A DNA stretch of 64,000 bases from an uncultured Candidatus Actinomarina sp. (GTDB taxonomy: Bacteria > Actinomycetota > Acidimicrobiia > Actinomarinales > Actinomarinaceae): positions 8,620 through 72,619 of the forward strand of contig CACNFT010000001.1 of the NCBI GenBank assembly GCA_902619825.1, read 5' to 3'. The notes under the pieces are model-generated. The model had not been told where the DNA came from, made no database searches, and was given only the letters and a program-made list of their open reading frames with translations. Each line of letters opens with the position of its first letter. Positions within the stretch are counted from its first letter, which is position 1. The position numbers were made by a program, and so were the translations under genes. Positions 1 through 9,949 of the stretch are shown one piece after another.

Positions 1-460
1 CTTTGTAAACTCCAGGAAGGCTGCTTCCACCGTATAAAAAAATTGCAGGTCTATTTATTCTTGCTGATGCCATCAACATGCCTGGTAATGATTTATCGCA
101 TCCTGCAATTGTTACCATTCCATCAAACCTTTCTGCATGCATAACCAGCTCTACAGAATCTGCAATGACCTCCCTTGAAACTAATGAAGCCCTCATCCCT
201 TCATGCCCCATTGATATTCCATCTGAAACAGCTATTGTAGAAAAAATCAATCCAGTTGAATCAGTACCATTTACTCCCTCTTTTGCATGAATTGATAATT
301 CTGGTCCAGTAAGATTACATGGAGTAACTTCATTTCCAGCAGAGACAATTCCAACTTGAAACTTATTGAAGTCATCGTCTTGCAAACCTACAGCTCTGAG
401 CATTGCTCGTGCAGCAGATTTTTCAACCCCTTGTGTTACGTCATCAGAAAATTTAACCAT
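1..460 (-). CDS. ilvD: dihydroxy-acid dehydratase, N-terminal ~153 codons (gene runs off the left edge)
   Basis: Own minus-strand translation from ATG at 460-458: [34 protein letters not shown]... and, in the same frame, ...[19 protein letters not shown] (IlvD/Edd GCDK motif). Missing from the ORF track because it is truncated. Confidence 0.85.
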   Translation of the reverse strand, partial: MVKFSDDVTQGVEKSAARAMLRAVGLQDDDFNKFQVGIVSAGNEVTPCNLTGPELSIHAKEGVNGTDSTGLIFSTIAVSDGISMGHEGMRASLVSREVIADSVELVMHAERFDGMVTIAGCDKSLPGMLMASARINRPAIFLYGGSSLPGVYK

Positions 461-491
461 AAATTAAGAATAGATAAAATATACTACAAAA

Positions 492-1577
492 TCACTTATT
501 TAAAAGGTCGAATTCATGAATAACATTTTGTGAAACCTCTCTTTTATAGAATGATTTTTTGTCTATTGAATTTAATCTGCCGATTCTCCATAAGGCCCAG
601 ACAGAATATAACCGTATTATTTCACTGTCTGACTGAAGCAGTTGATCAAATAACTCGTGGCTGTTTGGTAAGGGATTATTCGCAAGGGCAATTATTGCAT
701 TTCTCTTCAAGTAATCTGCATCTCTCTTTGGAACGTAAAACCATGAGAATTTTGAAATTAGTTCAAAATTATCCATATTTATTATTTCAATAAGATCTAC
801 TTCGAATGTTTTATTAATATTGATTAATTTATTCTGTCCTGGAGGACATGATAAAAGACAGTCATCACATCCATAAAACCTATTTGCGATTTTGATTCTT
901 ATTTCATGAGGAATTATTTTTGGAGATTGCAACCAATAAGATATACACTTATTTGAATCAATTTGATATGCGTTATCAATCGCACCGGTTGGGCAAGAAA
1001 TTTGACACATATTACAGGTACCGCATGAATATGATGCTTCACTTGGTGATTTGAAATCTTTTTCAACATATAAGTTGCCAATTAACTGCCATGGCCCCAC
1101 AGTAGGAGTCAACATCATCGAACTTTTACCTTGCCAACCCATTCCAGACTTTTCAAAAAATAACCTGTCATAGTGACTTGGATTGTCGATAAATTCATGA
1201 GTTTTTATATTTAGATCATCAAAATGATTCTTCAAAATATTAATAAATTCTTTAATTGGCTCGTAATAGTCCTTAACAGCGAATCTTGCTATGGAACCTT
1301 TACCTAAAGGGCTAGCAATACTTGTTTTATAATTTTCCCCGTAATTAAAACTGATAATAATACAAGATTTTGCCCACTTAAATTTATCTCCTAACCCAGA
1401 ATAATCAGGATTAGAAAAGGTAAATTTCATGTCAGCATGTTTGTTTTCATTTTTGACGTGTTTTATTTCCTCTGATTTATTAACAAGTGAAGGCAAACTC
1501 ACAGTTGATACACTCATATATTCGGGAACATCAATATTGTGTTTATTTAAATAATTAATTAAATTTATGTCTTTCAT
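492..1577 (-). CDS. queG: tRNA epoxyqueuosine(34) reductase
   Basis: 361 aa. Two 4Fe-4S ferredoxin-type Cys clusters (CGTCNMCQISCPTGA, CDDCLLSCPPG) and a C-terminal HEAT-like tail, as in QueG. Confidence 0.75.
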   Translation of the reverse strand: MKDINLINYLNKHNIDVPEYMSVSTVSLPSLVNKSEEIKHVKNENKHADMKFTFSNPDYSGLGDKFKWAKSCIIISFNYGENYKTSIASPLGKGSIARFAVKDYYEPIKEFINILKNHFDDLNIKTHEFIDNPSHYDRLFFEKSGMGWQGKSSMMLTPTVGPWQLIGNLYVEKDFKSPSEASYSCGTCNMCQISCPTGAIDNAYQIDSNKCISYWLQSPKIIPHEIRIKIANRFYGCDDCLLSCPPGQNKLININKTFEVDLIEIINMDNFELISKFSWFYVPKRDADYLKRNAIIALANNPLPNSHELFDQLLQSDSEIIRLYSVWALWRIGRLNSIDKKSFYKREVSQNVIHEFDLLNK

Positions 1578-1607
1578 TTTTATAAGGTTTAACTATAGTT
1601 ATTCATA

Positions 1608-1658
1608 ATGAAAAAAAGTGTAAATTTAATTTCTTTACTAGTATTAGTGCTTATGTAG
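1608..1658 (+). promoter_or_regulatory. candidate leader peptide ORF (MKKSVNLISLLVLVLM) of a branched-chain amino acid attenuator
   Basis: ATG at 1608, TAG at 1656-1658. 9 of 10 consecutive codons (1626-1655) are Leu/Ile/Val. It lies directly upstream of a hairpin plus T-tract and of ilvB. Confidence 0.6.
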
Positions 1659-1681
1659 CGCTCATTTACTAGTATTGAGCG

Positions 1682-1709
1682 CCTCCCCAAAATAGGGAGG
1701 TTTTTTTTT
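1682..1709 (+). terminator. intrinsic terminator / attenuator hairpin with T9 tract
   Basis: CCTCCC (1682-1687) pairs with GGGAGG (1695-1700) across a 7-nt loop, followed by nine T (1701-1709). It sits 12 nt upstream of the ilvB ATG. Confidence 0.6.
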
Positions 1710-1721
1710 GAAAGAAATGAT

Positions 1722-3434
1722 ATGAGTGAAGAAAAATTAAGTGGAGCTGAACTTGTCGTAAGAAGTTTAGAGTACATGAATATATCAACTATTTTTGGTT
1801 TACCTGGTGGTGCAATATTACCTGCCTATGATCCGCTATATGACAGTCCAATAAGACATATCTTGGCCAGACATGAACAAGGGTCTGGACATATGGCAGA
1901 GGGATATGCACAAGCAACGGGTGAATTAGGAGTTGTAATTGCTACTTCTGGCCCAGGTGCAACTAACTTAATTACCCCACTTACAAATGCACTGATGGAC
2001 TCTACTCCTCTTCTAGCAATAACTGGTCAGGTAGCTTCCGAAGCAATTGGTAATGATGCTTTCCAGGAAGCGTACACTGTTGGATTAACTATGGCTGCAA
2101 CAAAACATAACTACTTGATAACTAGTGCAGAAGAGATACCACAAGTGTTACTTGAAGCAAAACATATTGCTACGACTGGAAGACCTGGCCCTGTTCTTGT
2201 TGATATACCAAAAGACATATTAAATCAAAAAGTTGAATGGATTGAGCCTAAATTAATAGAAATGCCAGGATACAAGCCAACATTAGAACCAAATCCAAAA
2301 ATGATTAATCAAGCAGCTGAATTAATAAAACAATCAAAAAAACCAATTCTTTATGTAGGTGGCGGAATTATTCACTCTAAAGCAAATCAAGAGCTATTTG
2401 AACTGGCAACGAAATTTAAAATTCCAGTTGTAACAACATTGATGGGAAGAGGTGCATTCCCAGATGGAAATGAACTATGTTTTGAAATGCCTGGAATGCA
2501 TGGTAACTATACAGCGACTACATCAATTCAAAAATCAGACCTCTTAATTGCTATTGGTGTGAGGTTTGATGATAGAGTTACTGCAAATCCAAAATTCTTT
2601 GCTCAAAATGCAAAAGTCATTCATGCAGATATTGATCCTGCAGAAATTGGAAAGATTAGAGAGCCTGAAGTTCCAATAGTTGGAGATGCAAAAAGTGTAA
2701 TAACTGGATTAATTGAAAAATTAGCTGATACAGATTTAAATACATCAGATTGGCTTGATGAACTAAATCAAATGAAAAAGGAATATCCTCTTTCATATAA
2801 TCAAGAAGAAAAAGGGCCTTTAAAAGTTCCTTTTGTACTAGAAGAGTTACAAAAACTAGCCGACGATGATGCAATTGTTGTTTCAGGGGTTGGTCAACAT
2901 CAAATGTGGATATCACAACATTGGAATTTTACGTCCCCAAATACCTGGTTAAATTCTGGTGGTTTAGGAACAATGGGTTATTCCTTACCTGCAGCTATTG
3001 GTGCAAAAGCAGCCTATCCAGATCGTCAAATTTTAGCTTTAGATGGTGATGGATGTTTCCAAATGACATGTCAAGAATTGATCACTGCTTCAACTGAAAA
3101 TATTCCTATAAAAATTGTTGTCTTTAACAATGGAAATCATGGAATGGTTAGACAATGGCAAAAAATATTTTATAAAAATAGATTCTCTGCTTCAGAACTA
3201 ACACACCATACGCCTGACTATGTTGCTCTTGCAGAATCAATGGGGGCCACAGGATTAAGAATGATTGAAAAATCAGATGTAAAAAAAGTTTTTGAAAAAA
3301 TGTTAGAAATTGATGACAAACCTGTCCTTGTAGAGTGCATAGTTGATCCAGAAGATATGGTTTTCCCTATGGTTCCAGCAGGAGGAAGTAACGATGTTGT
3401 TATTCTAAATGAGGATGATCTCAAAAAATTATGA
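1722..3434 (+). CDS. ilvB: acetolactate synthase (acetohydroxyacid synthase) large subunit
   Basis: 570 aa. ThDP-enzyme motifs (GLPGGAILP, GGLGTMGYSLPAAIGAK, GDGCFQM...NNG). Followed by ilvN and ilvC. Confidence 0.93.
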   Translation: MSEEKLSGAELVVRSLEYMNISTIFGLPGGAILPAYDPLYDSPIRHILARHEQGSGHMAEGYAQATGELGVVIATSGPGATNLITPLTNALMDSTPLLAITGQVASEAIGNDAFQEAYTVGLTMAATKHNYLITSAEEIPQVLLEAKHIATTGRPGPVLVDIPKDILNQKVEWIEPKLIEMPGYKPTLEPNPKMINQAAELIKQSKKPILYVGGGIIHSKANQELFELATKFKIPVVTTLMGRGAFPDGNELCFEMPGMHGNYTATTSIQKSDLLIAIGVRFDDRVTANPKFFAQNAKVIHADIDPAEIGKIREPEVPIVGDAKSVITGLIEKLADTDLNTSDWLDELNQMKKEYPLSYNQEEKGPLKVPFVLEELQKLADDDAIVVSGVGQHQMWISQHWNFTSPNTWLNSGGLGTMGYSLPAAIGAKAAYPDRQILALDGDGCFQMTCQELITASTENIPIKIVVFNNGNHGMVRQWQKIFYKNRFSASELTHHTPDYVALAESMGATGLRMIEKSDVKKVFEKMLEIDDKPVLVECIVDPEDMVFPMVPAGGSNDVVILNEDDLKKL

Positions 3435-3904
3435 GTGAGAGAATATTAAGCGTACTCGTTGAAGATAAACCAGGTGTATTAGCTCGAGTTGCTTCAACGA
3501 TATCTAGAAGAGGGTTTAATATAAACTCTTTAGCAGTAGGACCAACAAATATTGAAGGTAGATCAAAAATGACAATTGTTACTGAACTTGAATCAGTTGA
3601 ACAAGTCAAAAAACAATTAAACAAATTAATTAATGTAATAAAGATTGTTGAACTAGACCCTGATAATACTATTGAATCTGAGGTCCTTTTATTAAAGGTT
3701 TCAATAAACAAAGATACTCAAACTTCTGTGATTGAAAAAGCATCCTTATCAGGAGCAAAATCAGTAGATGTCGGACAAGACTATGCCGTTTTTGAAATGA
3801 CTGGTTCTTCAAAAGACCTTGATAAGTTAGAAAATTTATTGAAGCCATTCGGGATAATTGAAATGATTAGAGGTGGCAGAATAGCCATACAAACAAAACT
3901 ATAG
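3431..3904 (+). CDS. ilvN: acetolactate synthase small (regulatory) subunit
   Basis: 157 aa. ACT domain start [19 protein letters not shown] overlap with the ilvB stop. Confidence 0.9.
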   Translation: MSERILSVLVEDKPGVLARVASTISRRGFNINSLAVGPTNIEGRSKMTIVTELESVEQVKKQLNKLINVIKIVELDPDNTIESEVLLLKVSINKDTQTSVIEKASLSGAKSVDVGQDYAVFEMTGSSKDLDKLENLLKPFGIIEMIRGGRIAIQTKL

Positions 3905-3912
3905 GAGAAGTT

Positions 3913-4929
3913 ATGTCAGCAAAAATTATATATGATGACTCAATTGATGTTGAGCTTATTAAATCAAAAAAAGTTAGTGTAATTGGATTTGGTAGTCAAG
4001 GCCATGCGCATGCTTTGAATCTACATGATTCAGGTGTTGATGTAACAGTTGGTCTAAGAGAGGATTCAAATTCTTTCGAAAGGGCAAAAAAAATGGGTTT
4101 AAAAGTAGAAAATCTTGAGAATGCTACAAAGGATGCAGACGTCGTAATGCTTTTATTGCCTGATCAACTTATGGCGGATGTATATGAAAAAGATATAGCC
4201 CCCTTTATGAAAGAGAGCTCGACTTTGTTTTTTGCACATGGATTTAATATACATTTTGGTGAGATTGTACCTCGTGAAGATATTTCAATAGCAATGATTG
4301 CTCCTAAAGGTCCAGGCCATTTATTGAGAAGAACTTATGAACAAGGATCTGGTATGCCTTGTTTAGTTGCGGTCGAAAAAGATTTAAATGACAACACAAA
4401 AGATTTGGCCTTATCTTATGCGTCGGCAATAGGTGGAGGAAGAGCAGGAGTATTAAACACAACATTTAAAGAAGAAACTGAAACAGATTTATTTGGTGAG
4501 CAAGTTGTTTTATGTGGTGGTTTGACTGAGTTGATACGTAATGGATTTGAAACATTAGTGGAAGCTGGATATCAACCTGAAAGTGCTTATTTTGAAACAT
4601 TACATGAAGTCAAGCTGATAGTAGACCTAATGTATGAAGGTGGGTTTGAATGGATGAGACACTCCATATCAGATACAGCAGAGTATGGTGACTTCTCAAG
4701 AGGCTCAAGAATAATTACAGATGAAACTAAGAAGGAAATGAAAAAAGTGTTGGAAGAAATTCAATCTGGAGCTTTTGCAAAAGAATGGATGTCTCAAGCT
4801 CGTGAAGGTTCTCCCTATCTTAAACAAGAACGTGAAAAAGCATCAAACCATCAAATTGAAAATATTGGTAAAGAATTAAGAAATATGATGCCTTTTTTAG
4901 ATGCTAAAGATATCAAAAAAGATATATGA
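3913..4929 (+). CDS. ilvC: ketol-acid reductoisomerase (class I)
   Basis: 338 aa. [13 protein letters not shown] Rossmann motif and [11 protein letters not shown] motif. Confidence 0.95.
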   Translation: MSAKIIYDDSIDVELIKSKKVSVIGFGSQGHAHALNLHDSGVDVTVGLREDSNSFERAKKMGLKVENLENATKDADVVMLLLPDQLMADVYEKDIAPFMKESSTLFFAHGFNIHFGEIVPREDISIAMIAPKGPGHLLRRTYEQGSGMPCLVAVEKDLNDNTKDLALSYASAIGGGRAGVLNTTFKEETETDLFGEQVVLCGGLTELIRNGFETLVEAGYQPESAYFETLHEVKLIVDLMYEGGFEWMRHSISDTAEYGDFSRGSRIITDETKKEMKKVLEEIQSGAFAKEWMSQAREGSPYLKQEREKASNHQIENIGKELRNMMPFLDAKDIKKDI

Positions 4930-6416
4930 GTTCTGACCAGTTAATTATTTTTGACACCACCTTGAGAGATGGTGAACAAAGCCCAGGAATTGCTCTTACG
5001 CCGTCTGAAAAACTCCTAATTGCTCAACAATTAGAGAAACTAAAAGTTGATGTTATAGAAGCTGGTTTTGCTGCTTCCTCCCCCGGGGATTGGGAAGGAG
5101 TTAATCTCATTGCAAATAATATCGAAAATTCTACTATTGCCTCTCTAGCTAGGTGTGTTCAAGAAGATATTGAACAAGCTCATGAAGCAATAAAAGTAGC
5201 AAAAAAATCAAGAATACACGTATTTACCTCTACTTCTGATATTCACATGGAACACATGCTCAGAAAAACAAAAGAAGAAGTCTTGAAAGATGCTAAGGAG
5301 TCGGTAAGATTTGCCAAGAAACTTTGTGAAGATATCGAGTTTTCAGCGCAAGATGCAACAAGAACAGACCATGATTTTTTAATAGAGATATTAAAGGTTG
5401 CTGCTGAAGAAGGCGCAACCACAATAAATGTTCCTGACACTGTTGGGTATGCGACACCTAGTGATTATCTTGAGCTATTGAAAAAAGTTTACAGTGAAGT
5501 CAGAGGAAAAAATGAGGATGTAATCATCTCGACACATTGTCACAATGACTTAGGGCTTGCAGTTGCAAACTCATTAACAGCTATAAATGCTGGAGCGAGA
5601 CAAATTGAAGGTGCGATAAATGGAATTGGAGAAAGAGCAGGTAATACATCAACAGAAGAAATAATCATGGCAGTCAAAACCAGACAGGATCAATATGGTG
5701 TTGAAATAAATGCTGAAACTACAGAAATTTCAGAAACGTCGAGACTTGTATCAAAACTAACTGGATACCCAGTTCAATACAACAAAGCAGTCGTAGGAAG
5801 AAATGCATTTAGTCATGAATCAGGAATACATCAGCATGGTTATTTAAGAAATACAATGACATATGAAATTATGACTCCTGATTCAGTTGGACAAGAGTCA
5901 AAAATAGTACTTGGTAAACATTCTGGTAGAGCTGGTTTTAAAGACGCTTTAGAAAAACTTGAAATTGATATTGATGAAGAAACATTCAATATAAGTTTTG
6001 AAAAATTTAAAAAGTTAGCAGATAGAAAGGGTGAAATTGTTGAAAATGAACTTCGAGCAATTATTGGTCAAGTTGAAATCAATGAAGCACCAGTGAAGCT
6101 TGTATCTGTATCAGTAAACAGTAAGGACCAATTTGCATCAGCAAAAATTACTTTAAGTGTTAATGGTGAAAATAAAACACAAGAAGCTGAAGGTGATGGA
6201 ATGATTCATGCAGCATTCAAAGCTGTAAAAGAAATATTACAGTCTGAGGCTGTATTAATAGACTATAGAGTTGAGAGTATAACTAAAGGAGCTGATGCTA
6301 CAGCTGAAATTGTAACTATTATAAATGATGGACACAATCTTAAACAAGGAAGAGCTGTATCAACTGATGTGGTACAGGGTTCAGTTGAATCTTTTTTGAA
6401 TGCATTGAATAGGTAA
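4926..6416 (+). CDS. leuA: 2-isopropylmalate synthase (short, LeuA type 1)
   Basis: 496 aa. [27 protein letters not shown], and a C-terminal LeuA dimerisation/regulatory domain. A citramalate synthase (cimA) cannot be fully excluded. Confidence 0.85.
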   Translation: MSSDQLIIFDTTLRDGEQSPGIALTPSEKLLIAQQLEKLKVDVIEAGFAASSPGDWEGVNLIANNIENSTIASLARCVQEDIEQAHEAIKVAKKSRIHVFTSTSDIHMEHMLRKTKEEVLKDAKESVRFAKKLCEDIEFSAQDATRTDHDFLIEILKVAAEEGATTINVPDTVGYATPSDYLELLKKVYSEVRGKNEDVIISTHCHNDLGLAVANSLTAINAGARQIEGAINGIGERAGNTSTEEIIMAVKTRQDQYGVEINAETTEISETSRLVSKLTGYPVQYNKAVVGRNAFSHESGIHQHGYLRNTMTYEIMTPDSVGQESKIVLGKHSGRAGFKDALEKLEIDIDEETFNISFEKFKKLADRKGEIVENELRAIIGQVEINEAPVKLVSVSVNSKDQFASAKITLSVNGENKTQEAEGDGMIHAAFKAVKEILQSEAVLIDYRVESITKGADATAEIVTIINDGHNLKQGRAVSTDVVQGSVESFLNALNR

Positions 6417-6417
6417 T

Positions 6418-7482
6418 ATGAAAAAATATAAGATATCAATTATTGGTGGAGATGGTACTGGACCAGAAGTTGTTGATGAAACAATTAAAGTTTTGGAGCA
6501 TACAAAATCAAAATTTAATGTTGAATTTGATTTTGTTGAAAACGATTTAGGTGGAGATAGGTATTTAAAATCTGGAGATCTAGTAACAGACTTAGACATC
6601 GAACAACTTGGTAATAGTGACTCAATACTTTTAGGAGCTATAGGACATCCAGACGTTAAACCTGGAATTCTTGAACAAGGAATTCTTTTGAAATTACGTA
6701 AAGAATTTGACCAGTACATAAATCTTAGACCAGTTGTTTTATACGAAGGTGTTGAAACGCCACTAGCTAATAAAACACCAGATGATATCAATTTTGTTGT
6801 TGTGCGTGAAAATACAGAAGGTTTATACGCTGGTGCCGGTGGCTACATTCACTATGGAACAGATAAAGAAGTAGCAACTCAAGAATCTATAAACACACGT
6901 AGCGCTATACAAAGATGTATTGAGTATGCTTTTGAATTTACAAGTAAAAATAATAGAAAAAAAATAACACTCTGTGCTAAAACAAATGTTTTGACATATG
7001 CTCATGATTTATGGGAAAGAGTGTTCTATGAGGTTGCAGAAAAATATCCAGATATAGAAACGGACTATGGCCACGTTGATGCAGTTTGTATGTGGATGGT
7101 AAAAAATCCAGAGTGGTTTGACGTGATAGTAACAGATAATATGTTTGGAGATATTATCACAGACTTGGGTGCAATGATACAAGGAGGAATGGGTATCGCT
7201 GCAGGCGGTAACATTAATCCAAATGGAGTTTCAATGTTCGAGCCAATTGGAGGATCGGCTCCAAAATACACAGGTAAAAATGTGATAAATCCCCTTGCCT
7301 GCATTGCTGCTGCTTCAATGATGCTTGATGTATTAGGTGAAAAAGAATATGCCAATGAAATAGAAAAATCAATTATAAAAACTGCTCAGAATCTTGACTC
7401 TCTATCTGCTGGAAAAATGGGTATGAGTACCTCAGAGGTCGGAGACATGGTAAAAGAATTTATCTTGACTAATGGAGAATGA
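6418..7482 (+). CDS. leuB: 3-isopropylmalate dehydrogenase
   Basis: 354 aa. VRENTEGLY and NMFGDIITDLGA motifs of the isocitrate/isopropylmalate dehydrogenase family. Adjacent to leuA. Confidence 0.88.
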   Translation: MKKYKISIIGGDGTGPEVVDETIKVLEHTKSKFNVEFDFVENDLGGDRYLKSGDLVTDLDIEQLGNSDSILLGAIGHPDVKPGILEQGILLKLRKEFDQYINLRPVVLYEGVETPLANKTPDDINFVVVRENTEGLYAGAGGYIHYGTDKEVATQESINTRSAIQRCIEYAFEFTSKNNRKKITLCAKTNVLTYAHDLWERVFYEVAEKYPDIETDYGHVDAVCMWMVKNPEWFDVIVTDNMFGDIITDLGAMIQGGMGIAAGGNINPNGVSMFEPIGGSAPKYTGKNVINPLACIAAASMMLDVLGEKEYANEIEKSIIKTAQNLDSLSAGKMGMSTSEVGDMVKEFILTNGE

Positions 7483-8077
7483 AAAAACTTATCTCCAAAA
7501 TTTAATACTAAATAGAAGAATCGTCAGAAACTACATTGATTCAGACAAGCCTTATCCCGACCTATCTGAAATATCAAAACTGACAATAAAAATTCCAACT
7601 GCTGGTTTTTCAAGAGGGATAGAAATTATCTCAGTAGAAGACAAAAAAAATATTCAAAAATTAGCAATTTTTGCAAATGAAAAAAATTACTTAGATAAAG
7701 GATTTAGTAAATGGATATCCAATTCAAAAGCAATTTTTTTAATTTTGATAAACGAAGAAGCTTATCATGAAAGATATAAAATGATGGATAAAGAAAATGA
7801 AACTAACTCTACAAATTGGAGCGTCCCATATTGGTATGTTGATGCTGGGGCTGCAATGATGAACTGTATGTTATTAATCGATGAGACTGGATTGAAGAGT
7901 GGATTTTTAGGTTCGCATAATATGGATATACCTAGTATCAAGTCTCTATTAGATATTCCAGAAGAAATAAACATATTAGGCTTTGTAACAGCAGGTATTG
8001 AAGATTCTTCGAAGATGGTTAAAAAAAATAAAATTTACAAGAAAAAACTAGTGCACAAAGAAAAGTATGAAAAATAA
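7472..8077 (+). CDS. nitroreductase family protein
   Basis: 201 aa. N-terminal RR.VRNY-type motif and overall nitroreductase-like pattern. Substrate unknown. Confidence 0.55.
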   Translation: MENEKTYLQNLILNRRIVRNYIDSDKPYPDLSEISKLTIKIPTAGFSRGIEIISVEDKKNIQKLAIFANEKNYLDKGFSKWISNSKAIFLILINEEAYHERYKMMDKENETNSTNWSVPYWYVDAGAAMMNCMLLIDETGLKSGFLGSHNMDIPSIKSLLDIPEEINILGFVTAGIEDSSKMVKKNKIYKKKLVHKEKYEK

Positions 8078-8861
8078 GGAGATATCTTCGCTTACAAATC
8101 CTGAGCTTAAATTTTTAATCTCATTAAGGAAAAATAAAATAAGAAGATTAGAGAAGAAATCTCTAGCTGAAGGTTATCGAGAAAATATCCAACTTATTAA
8201 CTCAGATTATGATATTGATACGCTTTATATATGTAATGAGTTATTTGTAGGAGAAAATAATTCTGAATTAATAGAGAAATTTAAAAATAAAAATGTAAGG
8301 ATAGTTGAGTTAACAAAAAAAGTCTTTAGTGCATTATCATATCGTGACAAGCCTGACGGATTAATCTCTTTATTCTTTACAAAAGATTTAAATATTGAAA
8401 ATGTTGATTTATCTGGACCAGTGTTGGTTGCAGATGCCATTGAGAAACCTGGAAACCTTGGAACAATGATTCGAACTGCAAGAGCATTCAATTTCCTTAA
8501 TATAATATCGTCAGATGGAGTTACGGATATTTACAATCCGAATGTAGTAAGAGCCTCAATTGGTCATATTTTTAACATAAATCTATTCTCAGAAAAATCA
8601 GAGAAAATTGCTACAATTTTAAAAAATTTAAATTACGAAATAATTTCATTAGATCCATATTCAAAAAAAAGTATAAAATCTTATAAAACAAATATTAATT
8701 ACGCATTAGTGATTGGGTCAGAGCAATATGGAATATCAGATGTATGGAAGGAGAATGCAACAGAAATGCTAAAAATTGATTCAGAAATTCAAGTTGATTC
8801 TCTTAATGCATCAGGAGCTGCGGCAATTGGAATGTGGGAGCTTTATAAAAACCATGATTGA
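8067..8861 (+). CDS. TrmH/SpoU family RNA 2'-O-methyltransferase
   Basis: 264 aa. SpoU motifs GNLGTMIRTARAF, LVIGSEQYGIS, SLNASGAAAIGMWE. Confidence 0.85.
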   Translation: MKNKEISSLTNPELKFLISLRKNKIRRLEKKSLAEGYRENIQLINSDYDIDTLYICNELFVGENNSELIEKFKNKNVRIVELTKKVFSALSYRDKPDGLISLFFTKDLNIENVDLSGPVLVADAIEKPGNLGTMIRTARAFNFLNIISSDGVTDIYNPNVVRASIGHIFNINLFSEKSEKIATILKNLNYEIISLDPYSKKSIKSYKTNINYALVIGSEQYGISDVWKENATEMLKIDSEIQVDSLNASGAAAIGMWELYKNHD

Positions 8862-9345
8862 AAAATTATGTATATTGGATATCGAAACAACAGGTTTTGA
8901 ACCAGAGAATTCTGAAATATTGGAACTCTACATTCTTAAAGTTGCTGATAATCAAATTATCGATGAATTTTATAGCTTATTTAAACCAAATCAAAAAATA
9001 GAAAATTCTAATATCCATGGAATCACTGATGAGAAGGTTGAAAACGCACCTACTTTTCAAGAAATGGATAATGAGATAACTAATTTTGTAGAAGATACAA
9101 TCTTGGTTGGACACAACATAAACTACTTTGACTTGAAATTTCTAAATTATTATCTGCAAAAACCATTAAAAAATAAAACAATCGATACTGTTCAATTAAG
9201 TAGAAAAAAACTTAATGAAAAAGTTAAAAATCACAAATTGATAACAATCGCGGAGTACTTTGATGTATCTAAACCAACGCATTCCGCAAAGGATGATGTA
9301 ATTACAACTTTTGAAATTTATAAAAAACTATCGTCAATAGAATAA
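8854..9345 (+). CDS. DEDDh 3'-5' exonuclease (DnaQ/epsilon-like)
   Basis: Start moved to the ATG at 8854 (MIEKLCILDIETTGF), which makes an ATGATTGA overlap with the trmH stop. Exo motifs DIETTG, GHNINYFDLKFL, HSAKDDV. Confidence 0.8.
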   Translation: MIEKLCILDIETTGFEPENSEILELYILKVADNQIIDEFYSLFKPNQKIENSNIHGITDEKVENAPTFQEMDNEITNFVEDTILVGHNINYFDLKFLNYYLQKPLKNKTIDTVQLSRKKLNEKVKNHKLITIAEYFDVSKPTHSAKDDVITTFEIYKKLSSIE

Positions 9346-9349
9346 AATC

Positions 9350-9949
9350 GTGTCAGAAATATTTTTAAAATCGAATGATTTGAGTCTAGGTTACTCAAAC
9401 CAAATAGTGATAAAAGGTATGAATCTTAAATTGTTTGATGAGAAAAATTATCAAATAATTGGAAAGAATGGAGCTGGTAAAACTACCCTTATGAACTTTA
9501 TTTCATCAAATTTTGAAGGTACAAATTTTGAGTCAAAAGTTGATAGATTAAAAATATCTGTAAATCAGATATCTTCTACCCCAACATTAATTTATGATCT
9601 CACACTTGAAGAAAACTTGAATTACTTCACCTCAGATTCATCGATATCGACAGAAGATAAATTAAATGTAGTATTCAAATATATACCAAGAGATTATTTG
9701 GATGAAAAAGTAAAAAATTTTTCAAGCGGAATGATTCGTCGAGTTGAATTATCGATAATTGAAATAAAAAATCCATCAGTGTTTTGTATTGATGAACCAT
9801 TAAACTTTCTAGATTCAGAGGGAGTCTCATTACTAACAAACCTCATTAAAAATAGATCTTCAAGTAGTAAATGTAATATATTGTCATCCCAAGAGTTTGT
9901 AAAACTTGATGACGTAGATTTTGAGGTTATAGATTTAGATGAAAATTAA
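9350..9949 (+). CDS. ccmA: heme-exporter ABC ATPase
   Basis: GTG start, 199 aa. Walker A GKNGAGKTT, signature FSSGMIRRVELS (compare CcmA LSAGQQRRV), Walker B FCIDEP. First gene of the ccm cluster. Confidence 0.7.
   Translation: MSEIFLKSNDLSLGYSNQIVIKGMNLKLFDEKNYQIIGKNGAGKTTLMNFISSNFEGTNFESKVDRLKISVNQISSTPTLIYDLTLEENLNYFTSDSSISTEDKLNVVFKYIPRDYLDEKVKNFSSGMIRRVELSIIEIKNPSVFCIDEPLNFLDSEGVSLLTNLIKNRSSSSKCNILSSQEFVKLDDVDFEVIDLDEN

Noticed and set aside
78-290. 70-aa plus-strand ORF from the track
   Set aside because: It lies antisense inside the clearly recognisable ilvD N-terminal coding region (GCDK motif on the minus strand). It has a low-complexity Ser/Thr/Pro composition and looks like a shadow ORF.
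530-793. 87-aa plus-strand ORF inside queG
   Set aside because: It is antisense to a well-supported queG frame, with no motifs and no RBS. The same reasoning applies to other internal antisense ORFs in the track, such as 2656-2916, 3218-3711, 5243-5440, 6381-6791, 6823-7355, 7765-7974, 8225-8491, 13592-14094, 14091-14551, 19890-21347, 24330-24572, 35317-35604, 39315-40097, 40184-40438, 46332-46541, 47088-47348, 48059-48871, 49412-49609, 50388-50612, 52273-52470, 53468-53653, 56563-56895, 57778-58226, 62195-62395 and 62743-62943.
1589-1777. 62-aa minus-strand ORF spanning the ilvB upstream region
   Set aside because: It overlaps the leader ORF, the terminator hairpin and the ilvB start on the opposite strand. 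The intergenic structure is better explained as an attenuator.
8776-8853. N-terminal 26-codon extension of the exonuclease ORF
   Set aside because: The extension lies entirely within the trmH coding region. The Exo I motif (DIETTG) follows directly after the ATG at 8854, which makes a typical ATGATTGA overlap.
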